Source: an uncultured Brevinematales bacterium
GTDB lineage: Bacteria; Spirochaetota; Brevinematia; Brevinematales; JAOACQ01
Reading direction: 5' to 3'
NCBI GenBank assembly: GCA_964533855.1
Contig: CAZHNM010000002.1
Coordinates: forward strand, 16,862 to 80,861
DNA: 64,000 nucleotides
Shown: positions 20,448 to 30,412 of the stretch, in pieces
Position numbering within the stretch: the stretch's first letter is position 1
How the letters are laid out: the number at the start of each line of letters is the position of its first letter
Translations under genes and position numbers: made by a program
Notes under the pieces: model-generated
Database searches by the model: none
Seen by the model: only the letters and a program-made list of their open reading frames with translations
What the model was told of the DNA's origin: nothing

Positions 20448-20497
20448 AAATATTCAGCTTGACCCGATAATCGGGAGGTATTACAGGAGGAAGCCAT

Positions 20498-21292
20498 TTG
20501 TTTGAAAAAAATCTTTCAAAACTCATGGGTTTAGCTATTAACGATTATGATATGATAAAGAACGGAGACAGGATAGCCGTCGGGCTGTCAGGAGGAATGG
20601 ATAGTCTGGCCCTTCTTCTGCTTCTGCATGAAAGACTTGACAGGATACCTGCCGGATACGAACTATTTCCGGTTTTCGTTGATAACTTCAACGGCGAAAA
20701 CATGGAACATAATGCAAGGATAGAAAGTCTTAAAAACTGCGTATTAAAAAAGACAGGGCTTGAAATGGAAGTAATTAAAATTACAGCAGTTAAAACCCTG
20801 ACTGCTGAAAACTCAAAACGCGGAGATACCTGCTTCCTTTGCTCCCGCAAGAGACGGACGGAACTGATAAAATTCGCTTCGAATCATGGCTGCGTTTCCC
20901 TCGCGCTTGGTCATCATATGGACGATATTGTCGAGACAAGCCTCATGAATATGTTTTACGGAAGGGAGCTTTCATCAATGCTTCCAAGGCTCGATCTTTT
21001 CGGCGGAAAAATGTCCCTGATTAGGCCGCTGAGCTACATCAGCAAGGCGAGGATCGAGAGCTACATATTTGCCAGAGAGGAAACGCTTCCGGTTTTCGGC
21101 GAGGTCTGCCCCTCGAAAATGATAAGGAGAGACCTGAGAAGAGAGAAGGTCAGGGATCTGATCAAGACCCTGACCCCGAAGATCCCCGGCTTTACGAAAA
21201 ACATTTTCGCTGCGTTCAGGAACCCGAAAGCCGATTACCTGCTCAACAGCAATTTTTCACCTAAAACCTCCGGGCTTTTCAAGAGGCCTTGA
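20498..21292 (+). CDS. ttcA: tRNA 2-thiocytidine biosynthesis protein TtcA-like PP-loop ATPase
   Basis: 264 aa with a TTG start 7 nt after AGGAGGA. It has the PP-loop GLSGGMDS and CFLCSRKRR (CxxC). Confidence 0.75.
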   Translation: MFEKNLSKLMGLAINDYDMIKNGDRIAVGLSGGMDSLALLLLLHERLDRIPAGYELFPVFVDNFNGENMEHNARIESLKNCVLKKTGLEMEVIKITAVKTLTAENSKRGDTCFLCSRKRRTELIKFASNHGCVSLALGHHMDDIVETSLMNMFYGRELSSMLPRLDLFGGKMSLIRPLSYISKARIESYIFAREETLPVFGEVCPSKMIRRDLRREKVRDLIKTLTPKIPGFTKNIFAAFRNPKADYLLNSNFSPKTSGLFKRP

Positions 21293-21304
21293 ATTACCCT
21301 CTTT

Positions 21305-22477
21305 TTAAGATATCAGCTTCGTGCCCTTCGACAGGGGCAGGAAAATTGTAAAATCAGACCCTTCTCCTTTTTTGCTTTCGACCTTGATATTCCCCCCATG
21401 CTCCTGGATGATCTTGTAGACTATGGTCAGGCCCAGACCGGTCCCGTAGTCCTTGGTGGAATAATATGGCTCGAAAATTTTTTTAATCTTCTCGCTTTCG
21501 ATGCCCACGCCGTTGTCGGTTATAGAAATCCCGACAGAGTCTATCGAATTGTCATAAAATGTCCTTATTGTAAGTAGCCTTTTTTTCGCTGTTTCTCCTG
21601 ATCCCGGGATCTGGGCTTTCATCGATTCAATGGCATTTTTCAGAAGGTTGATTATAGCCTGTTTCAGATAATCCCTGTCGATAAAAATTTTCGGCACATC
21701 CTCATATTCTTCGGACAGAGTGATTTCATTCTTCTCGATTTCCGGTTTGATCAGGAACAATATATCCTTGAGATACTGGTTGATATTTTCAAATGTCATC
21801 TTCAGGTCGCGTTTTCTGGCGGCAGTCAGGAAATCGTTAACAATAAGCCCCAGCCTTCTCTGTTCCTCGTCTATTATATTAACATACTGAACCACTTCAG
21901 GCGGAACTTCAATAATTTTTTTATTTATTCCCTTTTTAAGGATTTGAGTATGAAGATCGATGGCCGTAAGCGGGTTCTTGATCTCATGGGCGATCCCTGC
22001 CGCAAGGGTGTTGAGTGCGGAAACAGATTCGAGATTCTTGAGCTGAAATTCCATCTGCTTATTCTCTGTTATATCCTTGATCTTGATTATGAAAATACTT
22101 TCCGATACAGTTATCCTTTCCACAAAATAGTACCTTGTTTCCCTCGTACTGTCCGTAAATTCCTTTTTAAAATCCTCCATGCCGACAGCCTCAAGAATGA
22201 AAGCGAAAAGGCCCTGGTTGCCAACCTGTTTTTTTAAATCATTGGGGTTAGCCGGAAGTTTGATGACATTCGGGGTGACAAGAAGTCTCTTGGCTTTCTG
22301 GTTGATAAAGAATATCCTGTTTTCATTGATGATTATAAGCGCTTCGTCCGAATATTCCATCGCATCCCTGTAGATGCGTTTTTCGCTTTCAAGGCTTTCC
22401 ATGAGAGATTTTATCTTGGCATCGTCAAGCCTCGACAGGTTTTCAAGAATCTTGTCGAAAAACTTATTTTCACTCAT
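21305..22477 (-). CDS. PAS-containing sensor histidine kinase
   Basis: H-box AHEIKNPL, N-box LLKNAIES, DNGVGI and GTGLGL. The start is probably MSENKFF (22477). The ORF track extends to 22603. Confidence 0.85.
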   Translation of the reverse strand: MSENKFFDKILENLSRLDDAKIKSLMESLESEKRIYRDAMEYSDEALIIINENRIFFINQKAKRLLVTPNVIKLPANPNDLKKQVGNQGLFAFILEAVGMEDFKKEFTDSTRETRYYFVERITVSESIFIIKIKDITENKQMEFQLKNLESVSALNTLAAGIAHEIKNPLTAIDLHTQILKKGINKKIIEVPPEVVQYVNIIDEEQRRLGLIVNDFLTAARKRDLKMTFENINQYLKDILFLIKPEIEKNEITLSEEYEDVPKIFIDRDYLKQAIINLLKNAIESMKAQIPGSGETAKKRLLTIRTFYDNSIDSVGISITDNGVGIESEKIKKIFEPYYSTKDYGTGLGLTIVYKIIQEHGGNIKVESKKGEGSDFTIFLPLSKGTKLIS

Positions 22478-22644
22478 ACGGGAAAACCCCTGTTCATATT
22501 TAACATCAAATGACCGATTATTATAAGGGCGGTTCCAATAACCAGCAATGTTGCTAACTAGGTGTTTTGTAATTATAATTAAATCGCCCGAGGGTCGCAA
22601 CAATAATAATAAAAATAAATTTAAAAGTCAGGGGTTATTAAAGA

Positions 22645-23496
22645 ATGGCGTTAAAGCAGATTCCAAAGGAAAAAAAAGAAGCCTATAACTTAACCGTCAA
22701 GGACTTGAAGGAAAAAGTCGACGTTATCCTGAAAAAAGCCCAGAAGTTCGAGCGAGAAGGCATGAGGGATAAGGAGACGAAATCTTTTTACAAGAGAATA
22801 GCGGCCAGCATAAATTACCTCGAAACCGTCCAGATTTTCAACAAGATGAATGAATACAGCATTCAGATCATGGATATGAAAAACGATCTCTATTTGACAA
22901 ACGCAAGGAAAAACATTTACCAGGCAATAAAAATGCTGGAAACCATCGTGGGGAATGTTATCGATTCCTCGCTTACCGATAATGCCGAAATTATAGAGAA
23001 ACTGTCCCTGTTAAATCCGAAAAGGGTTGTAAACCTGCTCAAGAAAATAGATTACTGCATTGCCAGCGTTCAGTTAGGCGAGGGGGAAACCTCGAAATGG
23101 AAATGGACTTTTGTCGAAATGTACGGCAAGCTCGCGGCGCTGACAAAAAATCTGATAAATTTCAAAGTGTATGCACAGCTTATTTATGATCCCGGCACTC
23201 CTTTCTACCAGGAGATTAACGAATTGTTTCAGCTTGCAAAAAGGCTGATTGAAAATGCGGCTCAGAAATACAGGGGGAAATACGAACTTTCCACCATGGA
23301 TGTCGCCGACATGAACAAGGGTGTCGAGTTTCTAAACCTTCTTCTCCGCATATATATTATTTTAAATGAACAGGCTCAGGCTCAGGAAACGAAAAAAACG
23401 ATCGAAAAATGGAAGGACAAGCTCGAACAGGATATCAGGAAAAAAGATGCAGAGGTCAAAAAACAGCAGAAGGAAGCCATTTCAAGGAAGAAGTGA
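22645..23496 (+). CDS. hypothetical alpha-helical protein
   Basis: 283 aa with a Lys/Glu-rich coiled-coil-like C-terminus. I recognise no motif. Confidence 0.5.
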   Translation: MALKQIPKEKKEAYNLTVKDLKEKVDVILKKAQKFEREGMRDKETKSFYKRIAASINYLETVQIFNKMNEYSIQIMDMKNDLYLTNARKNIYQAIKMLETIVGNVIDSSLTDNAEIIEKLSLLNPKRVVNLLKKIDYCIASVQLGEGETSKWKWTFVEMYGKLAALTKNLINFKVYAQLIYDPGTPFYQEINELFQLAKRLIENAAQKYRGKYELSTMDVADMNKGVEFLNLLLRIYIILNEQAQAQETKKTIEKWKDKLEQDIRKKDAEVKKQQKEAISRKK

Positions 23497-24756
23497 TTCC
23501 ATGCAAACGATCTGAACGCAGATGCATAGAAGATTTACGGCCTTTGCGAGTTCCTCTAACGGAGGGTAGGTAGGGGCGATCCTTATATTCCTGTCCCTCG
23601 GATCAAGTCCGTAGGGGAATGTAGCACCCGCTTTCGTGAATGTAACTCCGGCTTCCTGCGCCATTCCGACAATCTTTCCGGCGCAATTGTCCGGCACATC
23701 GAGGCTGATAAAATAGCCTCCCCCGGGCTTATTCCAGGAAGCAATTCCCTTGCCCCCCAATTCTTTTTCGAGGATAGAAATCACAAGGTCGAATTTAGGC
23801 TTCAATATCGCGGCATGTTTTTTCATGTGTTCATAAACGCCTGAAGCATTTTTGAAAAAAACCGCATGCCTGAGTTCGTTGAGCTTATCGGGACCGATGG
23901 TCTGAACAGAGGAGAGCTTTTTCAGGTATTTGATGTTTGCTGCGCTTGACGCGACCATGGCGATTCCGGCCCCTGCAAAAGTCATTTTCGAAGTGGATCC
24001 GAATATATACGCCCGGTCAGGGTTTCCTGATATTTTGCAGAGATCGAGAATGTTTTTTAGCTCCGCTGGCTTTCCGGCAGGGTTAAGGTGGTGGAAAGCA
24101 TAGGCGTTGTCCCAGAATATCCTGAAATCGCCGGCGGCGGTTTTCATTCCGGCGAGCCGGGTCACAGTTTTATCAGAATATACGACGCCCTCAGGGTTGC
24201 TGTAGATCGGGACGCACCATATCCCCTTGATTTTTTCATCGGAAGCTGCAAGCCTTTCAACAGCATCCATATCGGGGCCATCATCTTTCATATCTACCGG
24301 GATCATTTCAATGCCGTATAGTTCGCAAATTGCAAAATGCCTGTCATAACCGGGGCTCGGGCAGAGAAACTTGACCGCCCCCGAGGCGCTCCATGGCCGG
24401 CTGCCGCCGTCAACTCCGAGAAGGAGCGCCCTTGCTATAATATCATGCATGATATTGAGGCTCGAGTTTCCGCATAGTATTATTTCATCTTCTTTAACGC
24501 CTAGTAATTCTGCAAAAATCCTTTTTGCCTGAGGAAGGCCGTCGGGCATGCCGTAATTTCTGCAATCGGTCCCGTCTTCAGAAATATAATCCGTGATTTT
24601 CAGCATACCGGTTGACAGATCGAGCTGCTCCATGCAAGGTTTTCCGCGGGACATGTCCAGTTTAAGTCCACGGGATTTAAACTCAGTATACCTTTTCTTC
24701 AAAACATCGAGATTCTGAGGGCTTTGACTGCCTGGAACTTTATTAAATCCTGCCAT
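23482..24756 (-). CDS. PLP-dependent aminotransferase (class I/II fold)
   Basis: 424 aa. GSTSKMTFAGAG is a candidate PLP-lysine region and WDNAYAFHH also fits the fold. A CAGGAGAAG RBS is present. Confidence 0.75.
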   Translation of the reverse strand: MAGFNKVPGSQSPQNLDVLKKRYTEFKSRGLKLDMSRGKPCMEQLDLSTGMLKITDYISEDGTDCRNYGMPDGLPQAKRIFAELLGVKEDEIILCGNSSLNIMHDIIARALLLGVDGGSRPWSASGAVKFLCPSPGYDRHFAICELYGIEMIPVDMKDDGPDMDAVERLAASDEKIKGIWCVPIYSNPEGVVYSDKTVTRLAGMKTAAGDFRIFWDNAYAFHHLNPAGKPAELKNILDLCKISGNPDRAYIFGSTSKMTFAGAGIAMVASSAANIKYLKKLSSVQTIGPDKLNELRHAVFFKNASGVYEHMKKHAAILKPKFDLVISILEKELGGKGIASWNKPGGGYFISLDVPDNCAGKIVGMAQEAGVTFTKAGATFPYGLDPRDRNIRIAPTYPPLEELAKAVNLLCICVQIVCMESLLP

Positions 24757-24775
24757 TGATCTTCTCCTGTCCTTA

Positions 24776-26293
24776 TCAGATTAAAATCGGCATCTCATCG
24801 GAAATATTTTCCGACGGAAGCTTTTCCTTTAATGATTTCTCCCTGTTCTTTAAAAATTCCCCGCCGATTTCGTATAATTTATCTTTTTTGTTAAACTCCG
24901 GATTATCAAGGACCTTCTGCAGCATATATTCGAGAATTTCTCCTATAACTTTCGAGGGTCCGATATTAAACTTTTTCATGATTTCATTGCCGTTTATATC
25001 GAGATCGGTCACCTTCAGCGCGTTGTCCTCGTTTATGATGTTCCGGATCCTTGCCTTGAATTTTTCAATTATTTCGGCGTCTCCGGTTCTCATCCCGCTG
25101 CCGATCCTGTCGGCCTTGCGCAATTCGAAAAGTTCGTCTAATTCTATCGAATCATCCCTCAATTTTTTTAAAAAACGCCTCACAGCTCCGTCACTCCATT
25201 CTTCCGTGTAATAAAACATATGCAGTTTAACGAGTTTTTTTATTTTTTTCATGTCATTATTGCTGAATTTGAGGCGTTTCAGTATTTTTTCCGTCATTTT
25301 TTCGCCTATAACCTCGTGATTATAGAAGACATTTCCGTTCCCGTTTGTCGAAGCGTAATACTGAGCCCTCGGTTTCCCGATATCATGGAAAAGGCCGGCT
25401 AATCTTATCTGGGGCTTTTCAGGGTTGACGGCGTCGCATGTATAGAGGTTATGATAATAAACATCGTATTTATGGAATTCATTCTGGCTATGCCGGTATC
25501 CTTCAAGCAGTTCCGGAATGAATATTTCAAGGAGGCCTGTTTTCCTCAGGTATTCAATTCCGTCAGAGGGCTTATCCGAGCGCATAAGCTTTATCAGTTC
25601 ATCATGTATCCTTTCCATGGATACCATCTTTACGGTTTCCAGCACTGCCGGAATGGCTTCCATTGTCGCCTCGTCAATATGGAAATTCAGCTGGGCAGCG
25701 AAACGGCAGGCCCTTACCGGGCGCAATCCGTCTTCCATAAAGCGGGTGAGGGGATTCCCGACTGTTTTGATCAAGCCCCTTTTCAGGTCGCCGAGGCCCT
25801 GGAAGGGGTCGATGATGATTTTTTCCTGGATATCGTATGCGAGCGCGTTTATAGTAAAGTCTCTCCTGGCAAGGTCTTCCGTCAAAGAAGACGAAAAGCG
25901 GACCGATGAAGGATGCCGGCCGTCCTTGTAAACGCTGTCTATCCTGTATGTTGTAATTTCATAGCTTGAAGCTACATTATCCTTGGAGATTATTATCGAT
26001 ACGGTGCCATGTAAAAGGCCTGTCGGGACTGTAAAAACCCTTGTCCTCCCGTTTTTCCTGAAAAGAGAAATCACCTGTTCGGGCGTGGCGTTTGTCGTCA
26101 GGTCGAATTCCATACCGCCGTATGAATTTTCTGAGGCCGCGGCAGTTCCGCCGTAGAGGATAAGGTCCCTGACAGCTCCTCCTACAAGGTAAGCCTCAAA
26201 ACCTTCGGATTTCAGCTTTTCGGTGATAAAAACGAGATCTGCAGGTATCTCATAAGGGAAAAGATTGAAGGAAAATGAATCGGAATACGCCAT
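24776..26293 (-). CDS. cca: CCA tRNA nucleotidyltransferase / poly(A) polymerase family protein with HD domain
   Basis: 505 aa with the head motif LVGGAVRDLIL, DLTTNATPEQV and the HD motif FHDIGKP. Confidence 0.8.
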   Translation of the reverse strand: MAYSDSFSFNLFPYEIPADLVFITEKLKSEGFEAYLVGGAVRDLILYGGTAAASENSYGGMEFDLTTNATPEQVISLFRKNGRTRVFTVPTGLLHGTVSIIISKDNVASSYEITTYRIDSVYKDGRHPSSVRFSSSLTEDLARRDFTINALAYDIQEKIIIDPFQGLGDLKRGLIKTVGNPLTRFMEDGLRPVRACRFAAQLNFHIDEATMEAIPAVLETVKMVSMERIHDELIKLMRSDKPSDGIEYLRKTGLLEIFIPELLEGYRHSQNEFHKYDVYYHNLYTCDAVNPEKPQIRLAGLFHDIGKPRAQYYASTNGNGNVFYNHEVIGEKMTEKILKRLKFSNNDMKKIKKLVKLHMFYYTEEWSDGAVRRFLKKLRDDSIELDELFELRKADRIGSGMRTGDAEIIEKFKARIRNIINEDNALKVTDLDINGNEIMKKFNIGPSKVIGEILEYMLQKVLDNPEFNKKDKLYEIGGEFLKNREKSLKEKLPSENISDEMPILI

Positions 26294-26307
26294 TTTTTCT
26301 CCCAGTG

Positions 26308-26964
26308 CTATCTGTGCAATGCTTTCTTGATTATATCACGGGAATTCTGGAGAATTCCAGGCAGGAATTCAATGCCGACGCCGGTTCCCATCAGTATCTT
26401 TCCTGCAGTCTGGTCTGTTATAAAATCGTTATGCGAATGGGAATCGGTATCGATAACAAGGGGGCTTTTATATAAACATGCAAGGCGGGCTACATGGCCG
26501 TTTGTCAGGCTGTGGCCTCTTCTTGCGGTGATCTCGAGGTAAACTCCTTTAGCGCCTGCCAGCCTGACTTCATCTTCAGAGATAAGGCCGGGATGTGCTA
26601 ATATATCCACGCATGCGTTTATAGCTGCCAGGTTGGTTCCGGAACGGACAGGTTCGGCTATCGTTTCCCCATGAACAACGACAATCGAAACTCCTTTGCT
26701 CCTCGCCAGGTTCGTCAATTCAGCTATTTCCTCCGGCAGTATATGCGTCAGTTCAAGGCCTGAAAGGACTTTGATTTCATCCTGAAGCCTGTTCATTGTA
26801 GAGGCGAATTGGACCCCTTCCCTGCAGAGTTCCTCGATATTGGAACTGTCGGCATGATCTGTCAGAGCGATAGCCTCGTATCCGGCGTTTATCGCTCTTC
26901 TTACGTGTTCTGCGGGTATAAGTTCGCCGTCGCTCCAGAGTGTATGAGTATGCAGGTCAATCAT
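26308..26964 (-). CDS. PHP-domain (histidinol-phosphatase-like) metal-dependent phosphoesterase
   Basis: 218 aa with N-terminal IDLHTHTLWSDGE, plus TDH and DSHSH motifs. Confidence 0.75.
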   Translation of the reverse strand: MIDLHTHTLWSDGELIPAEHVRRAINAGYEAIALTDHADSSNIEELCREGVQFASTMNRLQDEIKVLSGLELTHILPEEIAELTNLARSKGVSIVVVHGETIAEPVRSGTNLAAINACVDILAHPGLISEDEVRLAGAKGVYLEITARRGHSLTNGHVARLACLYKSPLVIDTDSHSHNDFITDQTAGKILMGTGVGIEFLPGILQNSRDIIKKALHR

Positions 26965-27131
26965 TTTCGAATCCTTAATTTGTTATCTTTTGCCGGATTT
27001 ATCGCCGGACCGGTAATAATTTTAACCCTTAATGCTAAAAATGTAAACAGAACATTGCGACAATTTCACACCATGGATATAATTTTAGAGGGCGAATTGG
27101 TAATTTCATCTGGATAACCGGGGGGAAAAAA

Positions 27132-28880
27132 TTGGATCCATCAAAGACGATCCTTTTAGTAGAAGACGAACCTCTCATCGCAATGTCCGAATCGATGGTG
27201 ATAAAAGATTTCGGATATAATGTAATAATATCTTCTACAGGCGAGGACGCAGTCCGGCAGACCATTGACAATGAAAATATCAACCTCATTCTTATGGATA
27301 TTGACCTCGGGAATGGTATCGACGGGACCGCCGCGGCCAAGCTTATTCTCGAAAAGAGGAATATTCCCATTGTTTTCCTAACGTCGCATTTTGAAAAGGA
27401 GATGGTGGATAAGGTAAAGGGAATAACACGATACGGCTATGTCATTAAAAATTCGGGCGAGTTTGTAATCCGCACGTCTATTGAAATGGCTTTTGAGATG
27501 TTCGAAGCGTACAGGAAAATCACAGAAAGCGAGATTTTCAACAGGCGCATTGTTGAAACGGCAAACGAAGGAATAATTTCGCTCGATGAAAACAATGTGA
27601 TAGTATCTGGAAACCGGAAATTAGCCGAAATGCTTGGATACACCCTCGATGAATTGATAGGAATGAGCGCTCTTAAATTATCGTCGCCCGAAGAAGCGTT
27701 AAAGCACCGGCAGGTTATGTCGGACCGCAGAATGGATAAAAAAGGTTTCTATGAAAGGCGGCTTTTAAGAAAAGACGGTTCTGAAATTGTGGTTGTAATT
27801 TCATCTGCCCCCATCTTCAAACCCGGAGGCTCATTCGGCGGATCCTTCGGAATGATAACGGATATTACTCAGCGTTACAGGTCGGATCTATTATTGAAAG
27901 AGAGCGAAGAGAAGTACCGCGCGGCCTTCATTACAAGCCCCGATGCAATTAATATCAATTCGATGGACGGGACCTATATCGATATAAACGAGGGCTTCAC
28001 CAAATTAACGGGTTATTTGCGGCAGGATGTAATAGGGCTTAAATCGACCGAGCTTCTTATCTGGGCTGAACCTGAAGACCGGCTTAAACTTATTGCAGGG
28101 CTGCGAGAAAAAGGTCTTGTCGACAATCTGGAGGCAGTTTTCAGGTCTAAAGACGGCACATTGAAAACCGCCTTGATGTCGGCAAGGATAATTATGATAA
28201 ATAATGTTCCTCATATTTTATCCATTACAAGAGATATCACGGAACGCAAGAATTCCGAAGAAAAGATAAAGGCCCTTCTCAAGGAAAAGGAGCTGCTGAT
28301 CAAGGAAATGAACCACCGTATAAAAAACAATTTGAACACGATCCTCGCACTTCTCTCGCTCCAGTCCAGCAAGCTAAAAAACACAGAAGCTGTTAACGCC
28401 CTTATGGAAACAAAAACAAGGGTTCACAGCATGATGATACTTTATGATAAGATCTATATTTCCAAGAATTATTCCAGAATTTCGATCAGGGACTATGCAT
28501 CGCAGTTAGTTGATGAAATAACCTGTTTATTTCCGGGAGCGGGCAAGGTAAAGATAGAAAAATATATAGAGGATTTCGACATCGATACAAAAACCCTGTT
28601 CAATGTCGGGATCATCATTAATGAAATTATTACCAACTCCATGAAATACGCCTTTACAGGCAGGGAAGACGGCCGGTTATATATATCGATTTCTCAGAAA
28701 GACGGTAAAGTCATTATTGAAATAGGGGATAACGGGCCTGGTATTCCGGAATCGATAGATATCGATTCGTCCGGCTTCGGTCTCCAGCTTGTCAAGCTTC
28801 TCACCGGTCAGATCGGGGGAATATTAAAAATCGAAAGGCGGCAGGGCTGTAAATTTACAGTTGAATTCAAACTCGAATAA
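27132..28880 (+). CDS. hybrid sensor: receiver (REC) - PAS - PAS - HisKA_2/HWE-type histidine kinase
   Basis: 582 aa with a TTG start after GGGGGG. The REC domain shows ILLVEDEP and LILMDIDL. Two PAS-like segments follow. The H-box is HRIKNNLNTILALLSLQ, followed by DNGPGI and GFGLQL. Confidence 0.85.
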   Translation: MDPSKTILLVEDEPLIAMSESMVIKDFGYNVIISSTGEDAVRQTIDNENINLILMDIDLGNGIDGTAAAKLILEKRNIPIVFLTSHFEKEMVDKVKGITRYGYVIKNSGEFVIRTSIEMAFEMFEAYRKITESEIFNRRIVETANEGIISLDENNVIVSGNRKLAEMLGYTLDELIGMSALKLSSPEEALKHRQVMSDRRMDKKGFYERRLLRKDGSEIVVVISSAPIFKPGGSFGGSFGMITDITQRYRSDLLLKESEEKYRAAFITSPDAININSMDGTYIDINEGFTKLTGYLRQDVIGLKSTELLIWAEPEDRLKLIAGLREKGLVDNLEAVFRSKDGTLKTALMSARIIMINNVPHILSITRDITERKNSEEKIKALLKEKELLIKEMNHRIKNNLNTILALLSLQSSKLKNTEAVNALMETKTRVHSMMILYDKIYISKNYSRISIRDYASQLVDEITCLFPGAGKVKIEKYIEDFDIDTKTLFNVGIIINEIITNSMKYAFTGREDGRLYISISQKDGKVIIEIGDNGPGIPESIDIDSSGFGLQLVKLLTGQIGGILKIERRQGCKFTVEFKLE

Positions 28881-28925
28881 TAAAATTCCTGCGTGGTTTT
28901 CAGGATGATCAATATAAATATTCCT

Positions 28926-28954
28926 TTGCAATAAAAATAAAATGGTTTTATAAT
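28926..28954 (+). promoter_or_regulatory. candidate sigma-70 promoter of the V-ATPase operon
   Basis: TTGCAA-N17-TATAAT, located 30 nt upstream of the atpK ATG. Confidence 0.55.
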
Positions 28955-28983
28955 TAGCGGTAAATTACTTTGCGGAGGAAAAT

Positions 28984-29454
28984 ATGTTGTTTGTCGGTAT
29001 ATTGGTATTAGCTCTATTGACGGGCGGCACAGCCCTGATCTATTTCAGGTACAAAAAAGAAAATATAAGCGGCAAAATCAAAGGCGCATTTGTGAAGACG
29101 ATCGGGATTACCGGCCTGTTTTCAATCCTGATACTCAGCGTCGGGCTTCTCTCCATGACTGTGACGAAAGTGCATGCGCAGGCTGCTCAGACCTCAGGCC
29201 AGAGCGCTCCTGCCGCTGAAGTAAAATCTCCGGCCCAGAGCCAGCTTGGCCTCGGTCTCGTCGCTGCGGCGCTTGCATTCGGCCTGGGCGCTCTTGGGGC
29301 AGGTATCGCGGTAGGCATGTCAGGAGCTGCTGCAATCGGCGCAATATCGGAGAATCCTAAAATGTTCGGAAGCGCTATAGTCTTTGTAGGTCTTGCCGAA
29401 GGAATCGCCATTTACGGCATCGTTATGGCTATTCTCATTCTCGGGAGAGTATAA
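28984..29454 (+). CDS. atpK: V/A-type ATP synthase proteolipid subunit K (c) with an N-terminal extension
   Basis: 156 aa with a GGAGGA RBS. The C-terminal ~75 aa form a single Gly/Ala-rich c-subunit hairpin (GAGIAVGMSGAAAIGAISENP ... VGLAEGIAIYGIVMAIL, with the carboxylate Glu). The N-terminal ~80 aa are two unrelated hydrophobic helices plus an Ala/Gln/Ser-rich linker. Confidence 0.8.
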   Translation: MLFVGILVLALLTGGTALIYFRYKKENISGKIKGAFVKTIGITGLFSILILSVGLLSMTVTKVHAQAAQTSGQSAPAAEVKSPAQSQLGLGLVAAALAFGLGALGAGIAVGMSGAAAIGAISENPKMFGSAIVFVGLAEGIAIYGIVMAILILGRV

Positions 29455-29500
29455 ACCTATTACCGGTATTTTGAGTAAGTATTTTCAACAGGAATAACAG

Positions 29501-29806
29501 ATGAAATTGATCGTTCTTGGCGATAAGGAAACATCTCTTTTGTTCGGCCTTGCAGGTGTAGAAACCAGGATAATTGAGGATCAGGAATCCGCTATTAATG
29601 AAATCAAGAAAATCAGGAAATTAAAAAACTACGGGTTAATAGTTGTGACTGAAAGAGTGGCGCGGTGGTCCATGGATATCCTGAACACAATGCGCTTCTC
29701 TAAGGAACTTCCCCTGATCATCGATATTCCGGATTCGAAAGGCCATATCGAGGGCGCCAAGAACCTCGCGGAATTCATAAGGGAAGCTGTCGGAATAAGG
29801 ATATAG
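29501..29806 (+). CDS. atpF: V/A-type ATP synthase subunit F
   Basis: 101 aa. MKLIVLGDKETSLLFGLAGVE ... YGLIVVTERVA matches the typical subunit F pattern, and the gene sits in the operon. Confidence 0.75.
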   Translation: MKLIVLGDKETSLLFGLAGVETRIIEDQESAINEIKKIRKLKNYGLIVVTERVARWSMDILNTMRFSKELPLIIDIPDSKGHIEGAKNLAEFIREAVGIRI

Positions 29807-29816
29807 AAGGTGTCCT

Positions 29817-30398
29817 ATGGGTCTTAAGGAAATATTAGACGATATCAGCCGGGAATCGGAAGAGCTGAATAGTTTTACGTTCAGTTCCGCTAAAATAGAA
29901 TCTGAAAATAAAATGCTCCAGGCTGCCGAGGAAATCGAGAGGAAAAGAGAAGAAAAAAAAGATGAACTGGCCGCAGATATCAAGCGCAGGCGAATCAAAC
30001 TGACTGCAAAAGCCGAACTCGACGCATACAGGGAGAGGCAGAAGCTCGAGGTGAATCTCATTGACAATGTTCTTGATGAATCGTTCAAGGAATTGATTAA
30101 AGAGATAAATAAAAACAGGGAAAACTACCTTTCTTTTCTGAAAAAGTTAGTCAGTGCATCTGTAGCTTTGATAGGCACTTTGCCCGTGGAAGTTTCGCTA
30201 TCGAAGGATGACGCGGCGCTTTTCAATGAAATAGCTAAAGATTTTAAGCAGGGCGATCTCATCCTTGCCGGCAGCGCGAAGATGTCCGGGGGAGTAATTT
30301 GCTCTTCCGGCGGAAGTTATGTCGATAATTCGATAGAAAATATTTTCGAGAAACAGAGGCCTGCATTCCTGAAAATGATTTCCGAAGAATTGGCCTGA
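29817..30398 (+). CDS. atpE: V/A-type ATP synthase subunit E (peripheral stalk)
   Basis: 193 aa with a long charged N-terminal helix and a globular C-terminal domain (GGVICSSGGSYVDNSIE). The gene sits in the operon. Confidence 0.7.
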   Translation: MGLKEILDDISRESEELNSFTFSSAKIESENKMLQAAEEIERKREEKKDELAADIKRRRIKLTAKAELDAYRERQKLEVNLIDNVLDESFKELIKEINKNRENYLSFLKKLVSASVALIGTLPVEVSLSKDDAALFNEIAKDFKQGDLILAGSAKMSGGVICSSGGSYVDNSIENIFEKQRPAFLKMISEELA

Positions 30399-30412
30399 TT
30401 AAGGACGTTTGA

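Noticed and set aside
29135-29411. Two antisense ORFs (69 and 74 aa) within atpK.
   Set aside because: They arise from the GC-rich Gly/Ala codon run of the proteolipid hairpin. The sense-strand c-subunit motif is unambiguous.
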